From: Neoconidiobolus thromboides FSU 785
Taxonomy: Eukaryota; Fungi; Entomophthoromycota
DNA: 64,000 nucleotides
Reading direction: 5' to 3'
Assembly (NCBI GenBank): GCA_025603075.1
Contig: MU626260.1
Coordinates: forward strand, 62,001 to 126,000
Under the pieces are notes generated by a model. It saw nothing but the letters and a program-made list of their open reading frames with translations. It did not search any database and was not told the origin of the DNA. The translations under genes and the position numbers were made by a program. Shown one piece after another: positions 24,227 through 39,231 of this stretch. Each line of letters starts with the position of its first letter. Position 1 is the stretch's first letter.

Positions 24227-24692
24227 GTTCTTTTTGTTTTTTGACGTTTTTATTTTTTTTTAAAAGATGAAAGTGTATTATTATTATTATTTTTAGTTCC
24301 AAGTTCTTGTTTCGAAATTATCAATCTTAAAATGAATTCGTCACCATTTGATTGGTTGATATGGAAAATTAGCTAATTTAGAAAAAGTAATGATTAAATT
24401 CAAATTTTATAGATTTTTGAATGACATTAACAGTAATAGGAATAATCGATTGTTTTTAAACTAGATGATAAAATTGATTATATAAATACTCATATATATT
24501 TAAACATTAAAACAAGAAAATATTCATACAAAATATAATCCCACTAAAATACTTTTATTTATTAAATATTGTATTTTGTTGAAATATTTCTTTCCATAAA
24601 TAGATTTCCGTTCTCTTATTTATTCCTAATTAATTAACTTCTGCTTCCCATACTCTACTTTTCCCCAACCCCATTTTCAACTCAATAAAAAA

Positions 24693-26443
24693 CTAAGGAG
24701 GTGATAATCGATCTACTATATGACTATAAGAAGATCTTACTTTACTTAATTTTTCATTTAAGTTCATTAAAATTTCTATTTTAAAAGGTTAACAAAAATA
24801 TTAACGTTGTTAAAACTTTTATGTTGAATTCTACTTACCTATTTGTTTCTGGTGATATTTTATTTTATCTAATATTATTGGTTTACAGGAACTAGCCATA
24901 TCATAACTTACCTATACAATATAATAACATTAATTAAAATATTAATTATTTAACATATTAATTGTTCTATTTACCTTCAATTTATCAAATTCAGATTTTG
25001 ATAGCATTTTATTGTCATTAATAAAAGTATCTAATTCCAAATGAAGTTTATCAATAACTTGTGATTCGTTATTAATATCATTCCCATTAGTTAAAGATAT
25101 GGATGAATTGAATGTTCCTTCTTTAACTTCTTCTTTAATAACATTATAACCATTATATATCATTGGATTTGAATTTCCATTAAGTTCCGCTTTAATTTTA
25201 ATATTATTTCCGTAGTTAATACTTTCACTATTTCTTTCATATTTTATCTAAAAAATTAAAAAAGTATTATTGTAAAATCAATACACAAGTAGAGTATTCC
25301 ATTGTCTTACCACATAATTAGCTGGAATAAACCCATATCTTCCATTGAGTTCGGCTAACCACCAATCATTATATCTTAATTCGATAATATTTAATATCGA
25401 ATCCTTTAAAAATCTCAATTCTCCAAACTCTTGAGGTTCAAAAGAATGCTTCGCTTTCACTTGAAACTGATATTTTAGTTGGGATTTCTAATTAATAGAA
25501 AATATTAATAAATTAAATTTAGTATTACTATTCCATATCTTACCGTTTCCATTAGCTCGATTGGCATGGCCATATCACTATTACTATAAGCAATTAAGCG
25601 ATGTATTAATTCATCAGTTTTTTTATCTGCTTCTGACTTTAATAATAAAATACTACATTAATCACTATTTCATGCTATATATTGCATATAATGTTTATAC
25701 CTTTTTCACTATAAAAAATAAATCGAATTAAAATAGGGATGTAAAATGATAATAAAACTTACTTTGAACACCTTGTAATAAACTCAATGTATTTTTTAAA
25801 GCAATAATTAAATTTTGATCTTTAGCTTCACTAATAAATCCTTGAATCATGTCGATCATTTTAATTTTATATTCAATATCTTTTATCTATAGATAAACAA
25901 AAAGGTTATACAACTATGATAGGATACAATATGGATGATTTACCCTTTTTATGTAAGTATCTAATAAAGTTAATTGGAACTCGTTACTCATTACTTCCGA
26001 TTTCACTTCATTTTCACAGTTATGTAATAAGTACATTATAAGCTAAATATAGAATTAATACTCTTTCTTTTTTAATTTTTTTATGTTTTTTAAATAGGTG
26101 ATAGTAATAAATCAATTTACATTAAATGTATTCTTTGATACTTTCTCTTCTTTATCTTTTAATTTTAATAATATTATTCGCATCACTTCACTACCTCTAT
26201 TTTATATAAAAAATAATAGACACCGATCGTTAGTTTTTTGTGTTTCTTTTAATATAAATGTGATTCTACTTACTTAACTTCATTATCTAATATAGCATCA
26301 ACAATTCTATCCGATGCTTCCCAGCTTTCTTTTGCATTTATATTAGTTGCTTCATCTAGAGTAATATTCGATTTAAATTAAATTTTAATTATAATCTTTA
26401 TTTAACTCCATTTACCTATTACTTTATGAATTTGTAAGCTCAT
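24693..26443 (-). CDS. HSE1: Divergent ESCRT-0 subunit Hse1/STAM (VHS - degenerate UIM - SH3 - GAT/coiled coil), many exons
   Basis: Manual splicing gives a VHS-like N-terminus (DEATNINAKESWEASDRIVDAI...LIMYLLHNC...KIKMIDMIQ), a UIM-like DELIHRLIAYSNSD, SH3 (AKHSFEPQEFGELRF...DWW...GFIPANYV) and a C-terminal LMNLNEKLSKVRSSY...LSPP*. Confidence 0.75.
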
Positions 26444-27206
26444 TTTTTTGTTTTGTTATTTATTTTAAAAATAATAGTCGGAACTATATAGTTTTAAAAA
26501 TATAACAATATTTTTGAAGAAATTTAATTGGTTGATAGGTAGATGAGCTTTATCTAATGAAATTAACTAATTTCCAGATTAGTAACTTGCCAAATTTATT
26601 AGGATAAAATTTCAAAACTTTAATTCACACAAATGGCTCTAAGTTAAAAACCAGATTATCAATAATATAAATTTTATAAACACTATATTGGTTATGATAT
26701 TGTGGTTTACTTCCTGGTATTTCATCTGGAAGTATTTAGCTGCTTTATGAAATCTAGATTTTTAACTTGAATAATATAAATATTTAACTTTTAATAAATG
26801 TTGTCTTATTTTCAAATATTAATTTCAAATTACCTTTAATCTTAATATTAAATAAAAAAAAGTATACTTGATAAATATAACTATCAAAAGCTAAAATTAT
26901 TAGTATTATTATTGTTATTACTAAAATAATATAACTTAATAAATTAAAATTTGCATAAATATATATTTTTTATTCTAAAATTCTAAAATATTTATTTTGA
27001 TTACTTTTTTAATTTTCAATTTAATTTAATTATTATTCATTAATTCTTAATTTATACTTTTGTTTTATATTAAATTATATATTATGCAAAATCTAACAAA
27101 TTTTAAAATCCTTATAATACATTACTTTAAACTTTATTTTTCAAATTAAGATATATCACGATTTAAGGTTGACTTATTTAGATGGACTTATAAGAAAGCA
27201 AAATTT

Positions 27207-27757
27207 ATGCAAGAGTTTCATCTTTTGAAATTTCTTCTCATGCTACCACTGTATTGTTTAGCTTCAATCGAATTCTATTGGTTAACAAATTTAAATATTA
27301 AAATTGAATTCAATTATCAAAAATACATCTTTTAGTAATAGTTAAGGCTAAATAAAACATATATTACAATTTTTTTTCTAATTTTTGTTGTTTTACTTAT
27401 CACTAGTATGGAAGCAATTTTTATATTGATGAAGAAATAATTATTTACTATAAAAGTGCTCTTAAAAAATCGGATGAATGTATTTATAATGATACAGCAT
27501 TACTTATTGAATCTAACAATATAGACGTTAATAATATATTAATTCTTATTGTAGATGAACGATCATTCGAAGATGATTCTATGAGAATTATTCCAAGCTC
27601 TCCACCTATTAATGAATACGGCGTTTTAAATTTTCGATCCAATATTGAAGATTGTAAACTATTAATAGTAAGTTGTCAAACATATGGTTTGTGTATACAA
27701 GAAACTTTAGAAAGAATAGAAGGAGGTTCTTGTAATCCTTGTTATAATTTTGAATAA
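27207..27757 (+). pseudogene. Orphan, possibly secreted Cys-containing protein, interrupted by a 1-nt frameshift or sequence error
   Basis: A 117-codon stop-free exon (27407-27757) follows a CACTAG acceptor. The upstream signal-like exon MQEFHLLKFLLMLPLYCLAS... joins in frame only if one T is added to the T4 run at 27330-27333. Confidence 0.4.
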
Positions 27758-28251
27758 ATTATAAGAAATGTAAATAATCGATCTTTATGAAAAAATAAAA
27801 ATTAACGTTTCTTTACTTTGAATAATGAACTTTATAATATCAAAATTTTAGGTCTAGTTTTCTTGTCCACGTTATTAAAAGATACTACAATTTGAAGAAG
27901 GAAGGGATTAACTTGTTTTCCTAAAATTAAACTAAATTGAATTAAATTAAATTGAATTAAATAACCAAATTAAGTAGTTAGTAACTTTAACAAATTTATT
28001 TTTAACTCCATAATTTTAATAAAATAGGCACATAATAATTTTTTGATAATGTAATATATCGACTATTAATATCAATTGATTATAAAAGACCAACTTAATA
28101 ACGTACTATTACTTATAAAATCACTAAAATAATATAAATCGACTTGTGAAACCAATAAAAATCTCAAAACATTTCAAAAAGACATTCCAGAAAAACATTC
28201 GTTCATTTACAATTAAAAAAAACTTATTAAATTAAATATCCCTCTCCCTCT

Positions 28252-31200
28252 TTAGTCTTCAAACAATAATTCTTCAAAATTCAAAAGATCCATTGTAACT
28301 CCACATTGAAATCCCATTGTTTCTACAGCATTTGAATTATATGCAGGCTCAAACAAAGTTGGTCCAAATACAATAGCTAAATTTGATACCGTCATTTTAT
28401 TTTCATTTTCGTATTGAGATACTCTAGAAAAAATTAAATATTAACATCGATTACTATTAACCTAAAAAAACAATATTTCTTAAACTAGATAAAAATAAAA
28501 GCACTTACTTTTTCAAATGCATTACCAATTTCCTCAACAAATTCATATGAGGTACTGGCAAATTGTTAATTGCTTGTAGATAAGCATACACTTTTTCTTC
28601 ATGTGATGAATTTTCTAACTTATAAGCTGTATAAAATTGAGACCAATAATTGGAAGGTACAGTAGCATTAGGTAATTCTCTTAAAAACAATTTTAATGCC
28701 CCAGTAACCGAATCAACATCTTGTGCTATTTCTAAATTTTCTAAATCCACATTTTCAGAATCTAAATTATTATAAATAAACACTTATCTCTTTTTTATAT
28801 AAAATACAATGTTTGACTTACTTAAATTAAATAATTCTTTAAGCCTATTTATTTTAGTTGATGCTCCTGACCGCCTATATATTCCTTCGAATGTTATACC
28901 TAATTATTAAAAATTAAAAAACAATCTTTAAATAGAAACTAACAAATTTACCTTTATCTTCAATGTAACTAATGCATTTTTCTACCATAATAGGTATATC
29001 TAAGTTGTCCCTTTCAGCTAATTTAATTAAATCAACCCCATAAACTACTTTCGGGTTTAAAGCAGATTGAGCTAGTGGAGACTAAAAGGGGAATAACGAT
29101 AGTTAGTAAAAAAACATATAAAGAAAAAATATAATGTTTTCTCAATAACTTTACCATTGAATAATCTAACATTGAAAACGGATCTCTATTTGCCGGTTGA
29201 TTTTTTAAAAATTTAGCAAAATATTCTAAATTATCTTGATGAAAATCAATTTTTTGAATCAATTTATTTAATCCTAAATAAAATATTAAAATAAATCAAT
29301 ATACTATTATATTGCATTAAAGTTAACTTTAAATTTAATTACCTTTCTCTTCATTAGCAATCAGATTATTAACTTCACTATAACCCGCCATAGATCGATT
29401 AGCAAATAAATCAAGGTATACTTTACATGCTTTATCACTTTCTTCAACACAGCTGACCGATTCCTAATATTAATTATTAATATAAATCCCCATTTATCAC
29501 TTAATTTCTAATAACTTAAAATTTCAATTAACTCACCTTAATCAAATCCGGTAATTGTTGATTATAGTATTCATGTTTAATATGATTCAATACATTGACG
29601 TTTTGAGAATACAACCTTTTTGCATTCACTGCTTTGGTTTTGGCTTCTTCTTCTGCTTTTTTGAGCTAAAAAAACCAAGGATTAATAAATGTCTCTTTTT
29701 TTATAATAAATAACTAAGTGTGATAAAACTTACCGAATCTACACTTCTAGGTTGAGTGAATATATTATTAATAGCCTCCATAATAGGATTATGCGGTTTT
29801 GATGGTATTTGGTTTTGTATGGGCTGTTCTAGTTCCATTTGGCTTTGTTCAATTCGAGTTAGAATTGCTTTTTCCCAGGTTTCGGTGGCTTGTAAATAGC
29901 GACCTTTGATCTAATAATTGAATTAGTTAACAAAATTATTTTATGTATTTTTTGTAAAATTGTTTCTTACTTTTTCTAAATTATATTCTCCATCCATTAA
30001 TGTTTTTTTAATTTTTGTTCCTGTTTCTCGTTGCTAAATTATATTGATTATTGATTCTTAATTAAAAGCAAAATATTTGTGTTTATCTTACCATTTTCCT
30101 CAATGTATCTTTTTCCTTGGCCACGTAAGCCAATTCTTCAGCAATAGAATAAGTATGAGAAGCCAGCCTAATTTTAGACTTGGCTATCTCTTCATGTAAC
30201 TTTAATATTTCATTCATACTATCACTGAAAGTTCTAAAATATAAAAGTTAGATATTAAAATCCCATTTGCTATTAAAGTAGAAATATATTTTCTTACCCA
30301 TTTTGACTTTCTTCTTTTTCAATTTCTTTCAATGTTGTGTTCACACATTTCATTAAATTTTTACCATACTCTTCATCTACTGCAGCGCATCTTCTTAAAA
30401 ATCTAGTTACTACCTGTAAAATTTCTTATTAGTCAACTTTCTGATAAAAAATCAATTATTTACCTTTGAAGAATTAACTGATTGTTTGATTCTTTCCCAG
30501 ATAGGTTCCGCTCCAATTTCCAACTTTGAAAAATTGGTTACCAAATCAAAGACTAATTTTTGTTTTTGATCATCTTCTGGGGATAACGCCATTTCTTCTA
30601 ACATTTTAGTTAATTTGGGTGTATTTTCATGTTCTAGAAGAGTGGGTGATAAGGTAGGTGACACTATGTTAAAACTATAATTGCTATTTAAATCTTCTTC
30701 TCTTTTATTAATATTTAAGGTTTCGATTGAGTCTTGATCGTTATTATTGGTTAAAAAACGTGTCCTGGCTGGTAACTTGGGTGGTATTGGACTTCTTTTT
30801 TCTATATTTATTTATTAAATTTTATTATTAATAAATAAATAAGCTTCTCTATTACCTTCCTTCGCACTCATTTCATATTCTATTGTATTATCTTCCTCCT
30901 CATGAGTATTATTTGATTTAACCACGAGATGAGCAAAATCGGTACCCGAAATATAATCTTTTGAATCCTTTGTAACACCTTCATCAAAACTCAGTTTCAG
31001 ATTATTGCTACTAGTAACTGGCGCACTGATACTCTTGTTATATTGAATCTCTTTAAATTCTTCAATTTCAAATTTTTGTTTCTCTAAATCTAAACTATTA
31101 TCCATTGATTTTGGCATCTGATTATATTCGTTTTGACCACTCACACTATTTATTATTAGAGATAATCTCTTTTTACTCCTTGGAGTTACTTTAGTATTTA

Positions 31201-31354
31201 AATCAACACTATTTCGATAACTATGCACAGGTCTACTTCGAGAAATACTTGGACTATTGATTATAAATGGGGAATTTTTAGGCAATAACTCACCTTCTTC
31301 AGACTGTTTTTTAGGTAGTTTTTCCACTTCTTCAATGCTTTCTAATTTATTCAT
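28252..31354 (-). CDS. RGD1: F-BAR + RhoGAP protein (Rgd1-like), multi-exon, with a low-complexity N-terminus
   Basis: RhoGAP motifs EGIYRRSG, DVDSVTGALKLFLRELP, NKMTVSNLAIVFGPTL. Upstream exons encode an F-BAR-like helical region. Confidence 0.8.
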
Positions 31355-31832
31355 GATTATTATAGTTAAAGTATTAAAATTATTTTTATTAAAAGAAATG
31401 ATTTTAAATGATTAATCTTTCTGTAACTAACGAGTATTTTTTTAGTTTTTTAATGAAATTACCTTATTTGGTAAGTGTTAAGTTTATTTTCCAATCATTT
31501 AGTGACTTAATTATTTTTAGCTACTTGGCTTAAAATTGGCAAAGATTATAGTTTGAAAGTTTATATGGTGGCTTAAAACATGATGGTTATTTTCAAGTTT
31601 AAACGTGGTTATTTTTATGAAAATAAGAGTTTGGACAATATAATATGATGTGGAATTATTTTTAAATTTAATAATAACTATAACAAACAAATAGAAATTA
31701 ATAATTATATTACTGATGAGTTTTCTATAGACCAATTTAAATAAAAGTTATAAAATTTCAATACAAGTGTTCCAATGAAGCTTTATTCCCTTTAAAGACA
31801 CAGATTTATAAACCCATATCTTAGAGAATAAT

Positions 31833-31937
31833 ATATGGGCATGTCTTTTGTATTTAAGCATTTTTTTTTAAAAAAGCTCCCTTTAATAGCGCTTAAAAAT
31901 GAACAAAAAAACGAAAACAAAAAGGATATCCCCGTAT
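31833..31937 (-). mobile_element. MITE-like repeat, copy 3 (degenerate)
   Basis: ATATGGGCATGTCTTTTG...TAGCGCTTAAAA...GATATCCCCGTAT, in reverse orientation. Confidence 0.7.
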
Positions 31938-33239
31938 TTTCCAAAACATGAATTCAGAAAACTCAAATTTAACTTAGTTTTATTATTAACATTTAAAGAT
32001 TAAAACTCAAGCCTTTATCTATATAATTTAATACTTCTATCAATAAAATTGTAAATAATCATTAGTTATAACCAGCATAAGCATATTAAGTAACTACTTA
32101 CATCACTTGTAAAGAATTCACAGAAAGAGCTTCTCCGCTATTCTAACATAATCTAATTCTAATCAGCTGGATAGAATAAGATAATTTTGTAATAAAACTG
32201 ACAATTTATTATTGAATTTTAATACAATGATCACTTAAAGTTGATTATTCTTATTCAATTAATTACTAATTAATTAAGTCAAAACATTTAGAGAATTTAT
32301 ACTCAAGAAAGTTATAGTTTTTGTTTAATACTTGTTGTTTTACGATATTATATTAATATTAGCTAATAGTTATTTTGAATAAAATTGGTATTTTTTAATG
32401 TATATATATATGTATAGTGGCATTGGAGCTCTGTCTTTTTAGATAAAGTAAATTTTATTGATTTCTATTCAATTCAATCTAACAGTTGTAACAATTTCAA
32501 TTTCAAATTTTTACACTAGTTACAGCCTTATTGCGACTTAATTGACTGCACATTTAAGAATAAGATTAAACTAGAATCAGGAAGAAACCTAAAGATTATA
32601 GGAGGTTCAAAAAACAAAAACAAATAACTAACTCTAAAAATTATCACATCTTTGATTGAAATAGAGTTGTAACGACTATAAAAATTGTGTTCAAGCTAGC
32701 TATACTTTATAAAATCACTTATATTTCCCGCTTAAATATTGATAATCATAAAACCACAGAATCAAAAACAATACTAAACCTACTAATCCTTTATAAAATA
32801 TAGTTTTAGTCAACCTTAATTTTATAAAACTATAATTTTATATGAATTTTTGTTTTTCTAGTTAACTAATAGTTTATAGTAATAGCTTAAGCGGTTTAAA
32901 TACTTCAATGCCTTAACTGAATAATAATATCTTTTTTTTTAATTTGGTAATCATACCCGATCTGTCTCCTCACCCAATTCTACCATCGATATACACCAAT
33001 CAATCCTTGTTTTTCATTGAAAAACTGAAACGAACCAATTAAAGCAAAAATTAAAGCACTTCATTCAATTACACAAATTTAAAGAAAATTAAATAAACAG
33101 AACTCCTCAAGTTAACAGCATTATTTGAATTCAAATAAGTTTATCAAAAAAAACTTGATTGCAACTCCATTTTTTTTAACAACTACTAATTTTTAAGCTC
33201 TTTTTTTTAATATCAACTTTTTAGTTTGTTGCATTGATT

Positions 33240-35290
33240 ATGCTAAGTGCACAAGCACCTAATTTTAGTGGCGAAACAACAATGAAAAATTCCCCATTCC
33301 TTAGTAACTTTGGTTCAAAAGCGGACTCTACATTAGCTGAAGTGGTAGATATGAGTTTACCAGAAGCTACTGGAAGTGAGATTATGTCGAATCATTTTCC
33401 AAAAGATCCACAAAGTCCAAATGAAAACTTAACTAAATCGAATCCATCCACTTCTTCAAAAACATTAGATAAAAACTTTGTATTTTGGGTACCTGCTCAA
33501 CTACACCCGGAAATTGCTCCCAACGAATTTAATACTTGGCTAGATAAAAGGGCTAGTGCTTTAAGTCCGACTGAAAAAAGAGCTACTCGTAGGAAATCGA
33601 TTTTATCCCTTTCTTCTATTACGCCTGAACAAATTGAAGAAATGAAAGATTCCTTGCCTCCTCTTTTAGAACCTAATACTAGCAATTTTTCAAACTCGCT
33701 TCATAGGCGACGTACTTTAAATGATTCAAGTAAAAGAGGTAATGATTTTATTAATTGAATAATTGAATAATTAGATTAACATTAATAGCTGAGCTTTTAG
33801 TAAAGAAAGACAAAGATAAATTTATAGTAGTACCAAAAACAGAAACGAATGGATTAAAACGATCAGCACGTATCAAACCACGTAAAGATGGTACTGGCAA
33901 AGGTACAAGGCGTCAACAAAGTATATCGAGTGAGTTAACGAAACCAGCAAGTGATGAAGAATTGGAAAAATTGAACCATAGGAAAGCAGCTTCAATGACA
34001 CTTCCTACATCTTCAAGTTCTAAACAGCATACACCGGCTGAAAATTCTCTGTTGTCAGAAATTGCTAGTTTATTATCAATCGATCTATTTGATTCTCAAG
34101 GTAAAATTTTATGCTTTTTTGTATCGAATATAGGTTAAAGTTGAATAGATAAGAAGAAAGACAAAGAACCAAAACACTCATCCCCATTAAATAATATACA
34201 TTCAAGTGTGAAATCTTTAGAAGCTGAAGATGTAACAAATTTGACATTTACTGATGACCCCAATAATGTTGCAAATTCAAAGAGCGGTTTACTAACATCA
34301 AAATCGAACCAAGAATTGAGTTCCCTGGTTTCAAATAAAGACAGTATACTTGACGATGATTCTATGTCAATATCAATAAATAGAGTTAATTCAAAAAGCT
34401 CTGAATCTACTTTAGTAGAACCAAAACCAAATCAAGATTCAATTAGCTTAGCACAAAGCTCCAAGAAAAATGGAAGTACTAAAACAGCTAAAAAAGGATT
34501 TTCATGGTTTAGGAATACCGATTCTGAAAATAATGAGAAAAAAATCAACAAAGTTGAAGAAAATGAAGAAGCTCTAAAGGCAATGAAACAAGATTATAAA
34601 CACAGTAAGTTAAATGCAGTACCAAAACAAAAACCAACAAAACATGCAAGAAATAAATCAAACAATATTAGAGATATGCTTGGGGATGGGATATCTAGTG
34701 ATGTGAATGTCAATTTTGACTCACCTGCTTCAAAACTTAAAAACAAAGATAAATCCAAAAAAATGAATTTTTTCTTTTTATCAAAAGATAAGAACAAGGC
34801 CAAAGTCGATAAAGCAAGACCTTTTCCAAACAATAAACTTCGAGAAGATGGCAATGAAACTGGAGTACAACATCGATTGTATCAACCAAAAATTACTTTG
34901 TCAAAGAGTAAGTACGATTTATATGACCCAACCGATCTACCTCTTCATGTTGAACAATCCCTATATCGGCTATCACACCAAAAATTAAGTAATCCAAAAC
35001 GTCCACTTTTGCAACAAGTTATTATATCCAATTTAATGTTAGCTTATCTAAGGGTAGTTAATCCAAATTTTAGAGCTACACCAATTAAAAAGAATAATGA
35101 AAATATACCGAAACCAAGATCACCTCATATGCTTTCTAAAGATCGTTATAAAGCGGGAAGAGCTAGTCAACTTGATTCAAGCTCGGATGAAGATGACTTG
35201 TCTCTTTCGGATTCTAGTTCCGATGATGAAAGTCTAAGTGAATGTTTAAATAGAAGTCGTGGAAATAGCAATGGTTCTAGAGTGATATAG
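33240..35290 (+). CDS. ZDS1: Zds1/Zds2-like PP2A-Cdc55 regulator
   Basis: N-terminal FWVPAQLHPEIAPNEF and Zds_C-like LPLHVEQSLYRLSHQKLSNPKRPLLQQVIISNLMLAYL. Two short introns near 33740-33790 and 34100-34150. Confidence 0.85.
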
Positions 35291-36328
35291 TTGGGTATAG
35301 AATTAATTGGTTTTTACTATCAAAGTTTTGGAAATTTTGGCACATTGTTTTTTTTTGTTAGACTTAACTTGAGTATGGAAGACATGGAATAAGTTGAAAT
35401 TGTTTTTATTAATTGTAATTAATTTTAATTCTTTGTTCATTTCATTAGTAAAAAAAAGTTGAAATAAAAATTTAATTTAACTAATTGTAATAGTGAGGTT
35501 TCATGTTCGGTTTTTATTAACTAAATTGTATGTTTTGTGTGTATATGTCGGGTTTAAATATGTTTAATGTCTGATGATATTATATGGATATATACAGTTG
35601 TTATGATTTCATTGCGATATAATTAACAGTAATTTTTAGAGCTAGTTAATTGTTTGGTTATTTTTTTTAAAGCCTAATCCTTATATTTTAATATAGCTTT
35701 ATCCCTTAAACGAATAATTGAATAGATCGTAAGAGCTACAATAGATGTATAATATATTATAATTGAACTCATTGTAAAAGACTTAATCTTTTAATATTGC
35801 TGGAAAAAATTTAAAATAGAAATACTGTAATGAAAATACTTTACTTCGGCGTTTTATACATTTTTGAATATAATTAAAAATCAAAATGACTACTTAAAAA
35901 GAGGGAATAAAAATTCTGAATATTAAATATTTGTCAATAAATTTTTAATTGTAATAAATCAAATATTATATGAATATTTTTTAAACTCTACTTATTTCCT
36001 GCAATCAAAAAGCTATTCTATGTATTCCGATTAGAGTAAAGACATGATTCATTACGTTAATATTGACTACTCATTAATATATGTGTATATAAAATTAATA
36101 TTAAATCCTCATTAAAATAAATTATATATCAAAATTAGAACATGAACTGATCAAAATGTCATCTTTTATTGGCCAAAGCGAAAAAAGCAGCAAATCGAAT
36201 GCATAATTTCGAGCCAAAGCTTCCAAAATTTAGCGCAAAGGCTAATTTTGATGCTACAATTTTATAACTTAGGTTAAAGCTAACAAGTTCTCTCCTTTCC
36301 GTTTGGTACATAAAAATACTTACCCATC

Positions 36329-37407
36329 ATGGTAAGTAACAAATAACTAAAGAAATAGATTTAAAGGATGAACAACAATAGAAATAGATGGATTTATAAA
36401 TGGCAAGCTACATCAAATATGGATGGATGCATATATAATAAAATAGAAAAATTGCAGCATTTTAAAATGAAATTAAGATTAACTTCGAATTGATTACTAA
36501 AAGATGAATGTAAATAGGCTCGTGGACCTAAGAAACATATGAAGAGGCTTAATGCCCCAAAACATTGGATGCTTGACAAATTAACTGGGTCATACGTAAG
36601 TTTTACTAAAACAATTCTATCAAAAAAGCAAAGCTAAAGGGAATGTAGGCTCCAAGACCAAGCGCTGGACCTCACAAGCTCCGTGTATGTCTTCCATTAA
36701 TTATTTTCCTTCGTAACCGTCTTAAGTATGCCCTTAACGGTAGAGAAGTTGTAAGTATCCTTAAACAACGTCTTGTTAAAATCGATGGTAAAGTACGTAC
36801 TGATTCCACTTACCCAGCTGGTTTCATGGATGTTATTTCCATCGAAAAAACTGGTGAAAACTTCCGTCTCGTTTACGATACCAAAGGTCGTTTCACCGTT
36901 CACCGTATCTCTACTGAAGAAGGACAAGTAAGAGCTTTTTATTATAACTTTTAAAATAGAAATATAATTTTTATTTAGTATAAACTTTGCAAAGTTAGAA
37001 AGGTACAACTTGGTGCCCGTGGTATTCCATTCATTGTTACTCATGATGGACGTACCATCCGTTACCCAGACCCACTTATCAAGCCAAATGACACCATTAA
37101 GTTCGATATTGATACTGGAAAGATCACCGGTTTCTTAAAATTTGAAGTAGGAAACCTTTGTATGATCACTGGTGGACGTAACACTGGTCGTGTAGGTGTT
37201 ATTGTCTCTAAAGAAAAACATTTAGGTGGTTTTGAAATTATTCATGTTAAAGATGCCCTTGATCGTTCATTTTCCACCCGTCTTTCCAACGTTTTTGTTA
37301 TTGGACAAGGTACTAACCCATGGATCTCTCTTCCAACTGGTAAGGGTGTCAAACTCTCCATTGCCGAAGAGCGTGATCAAAGACGTGAGAAGGCCGCCCA
37401 AGCTTAA
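36329..37407 (+). CDS. RPS4: 40S ribosomal protein S4 (eS4), 4 exons
   Basis: ATG|intron|[22 protein letters not shown]...[10 protein letters not shown]...[12 protein letters not shown]...[22 protein letters not shown]. Confidence 0.97.
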
Positions 37408-39136
37408 ACATGGAATGAAATAAAAGGATTTAATTTAATTAGCCATTTATAGAGATTAAAAGAAGTTTTTGAATTAAGGTAATATGGCGATTATTTATAA
37501 TTTATTTTAGGATTAAAGCATTTTGAGTATAATAATACTATATAATATTGGACAAAGAACATTAAATCAAGAGTAGGGTATATTAGATGAACTGTTTAAA
37601 TATGGAACAACGAGTTATTTTGGATTAAAGTGTGATTGGACTGATATAAAGTAACATATGAGTTAATAAGACAGAAATGATATACAGTCTATATAAAAAT
37701 ATTTATACACTAAAGTTAAAATTTAAAGTAAAAGATAGATAGTTCAAAGTGATATTTTAAACGTAATTTATAACTAAACTATTGAGAACTAAAATAACTC
37801 TTTGTTTGATCAACATTTGATAGTAATTAAAATATTTTATTTTTTAGGCTTTTATTATATTTGTAATAAACAAGATAGACATTATGCTCAATGAATATTT
37901 AAATTTAAATTGAGTTTTCAAATCATTTTGGATGTTGTTTATTGATTCTAAAGTGATATTGTATTAAATATAAATTTGATGTTAAACAGTATAAGACTAA
38001 AGTTACTAAAAAAGATTATAAACTAAATCTTGATATTGAATTTTATAAATGTTGAAGTTGTTAAAGATTAATAAAAATGGATGTAGTTTTAGAAAAGAAC
38101 AAACCTACAGATTTTATAACTTGTCATTTTCAAATTGAAATTTAATTTTAGAATAAATTATCTCGGTTTAAGCTATTTTAAACAAATTCGCGCTGATATA
38201 ATTAATTATAAAGTAGTAAATATCCAACTATTATTTCTATTAGAAAATCATATAGCTTGTCTTAGCATAGTTCTATATCAAACATACCAAAAGCCTTACC
38301 TAACAAAAGGCAACAGAACAGCCTTAAAGTTATTTTCGCAAAGAGGAACAAATGTTACAAATCAAAAACGATTCCTCTTTTAAATATATATAACAAATAT
38401 CTATTTGATGGCGGTATAAAGTTATTTTTATTTCCATGCCTTTGGCACTTTAGCTAAAAATTAATATAACTAAACCGTGTAAGTTATGTTGGAATTTAAG
38501 AGATAAAACGAATACTTATAAAGTTCAAATGTTTTTTAAAATGAGCCAATGTAAGGAAAGATCTGTATATTTGACACAAATAAATATTATGTCTTGAGAT
38601 ATGAATAATTAATAGTAGCATTGATTTCCTGATAGGATATAAAGGTCTCCTTATTTTAAAACTACTGTTATTGCGGGATTCATTCATTTTAAAATGCTTA
38701 CAAAGTGGAAAGATCAGTTTAGAGTTGGCTTGTTTATTTTAGGGTGTTTATATGACTATAAGATTAAGTTTTTAAGCGTATTTGATCCCAAATCCATTTA
38801 GATAGCTCAGCTCACATTTATGTCAAAGGTTCTGTAGCAATTTTATTAAGTTGTAGAGTTCGTTTTATATCATTTAAAAGAAAATAATGTAATTTAATTA
38901 AGATTAATAAGTTTGAAATGAATATTATATTATAACTAATGAGCATTGTCACTATTATAGATATATAGCATCATTTAAATCAAACATACTGATCTACATA
39001 TATATGTAATAGAATTATTAAAGAAGTGTGTTTAATAATTTCTTTCAATATGTATGCTATTTACAACGCATTCTTTCTCACTCTAATTTTACTTTTTCTA
39101 CCACCATAATGTAGATTTTTTCTAGTAGTATAAAAG

Positions 39137-39231
39137 TAAGAGTGTTTTTTGATTTCACCACTTTTTTTTCTTTTTTTGTGCTATCAAGTGGAAAAATCTC
39201 AATGAATTTCTTAAAACAGATATCCCCAAAT
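39137..39231 (+). mobile_element. MITE-like repeat, copy 4 (degenerate)
   Basis: GAGTGTTTTTTGATTTCACCAC...GTGCTATCAAGTGGAAAAAT...GATATCCCCA. Confidence 0.6.
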
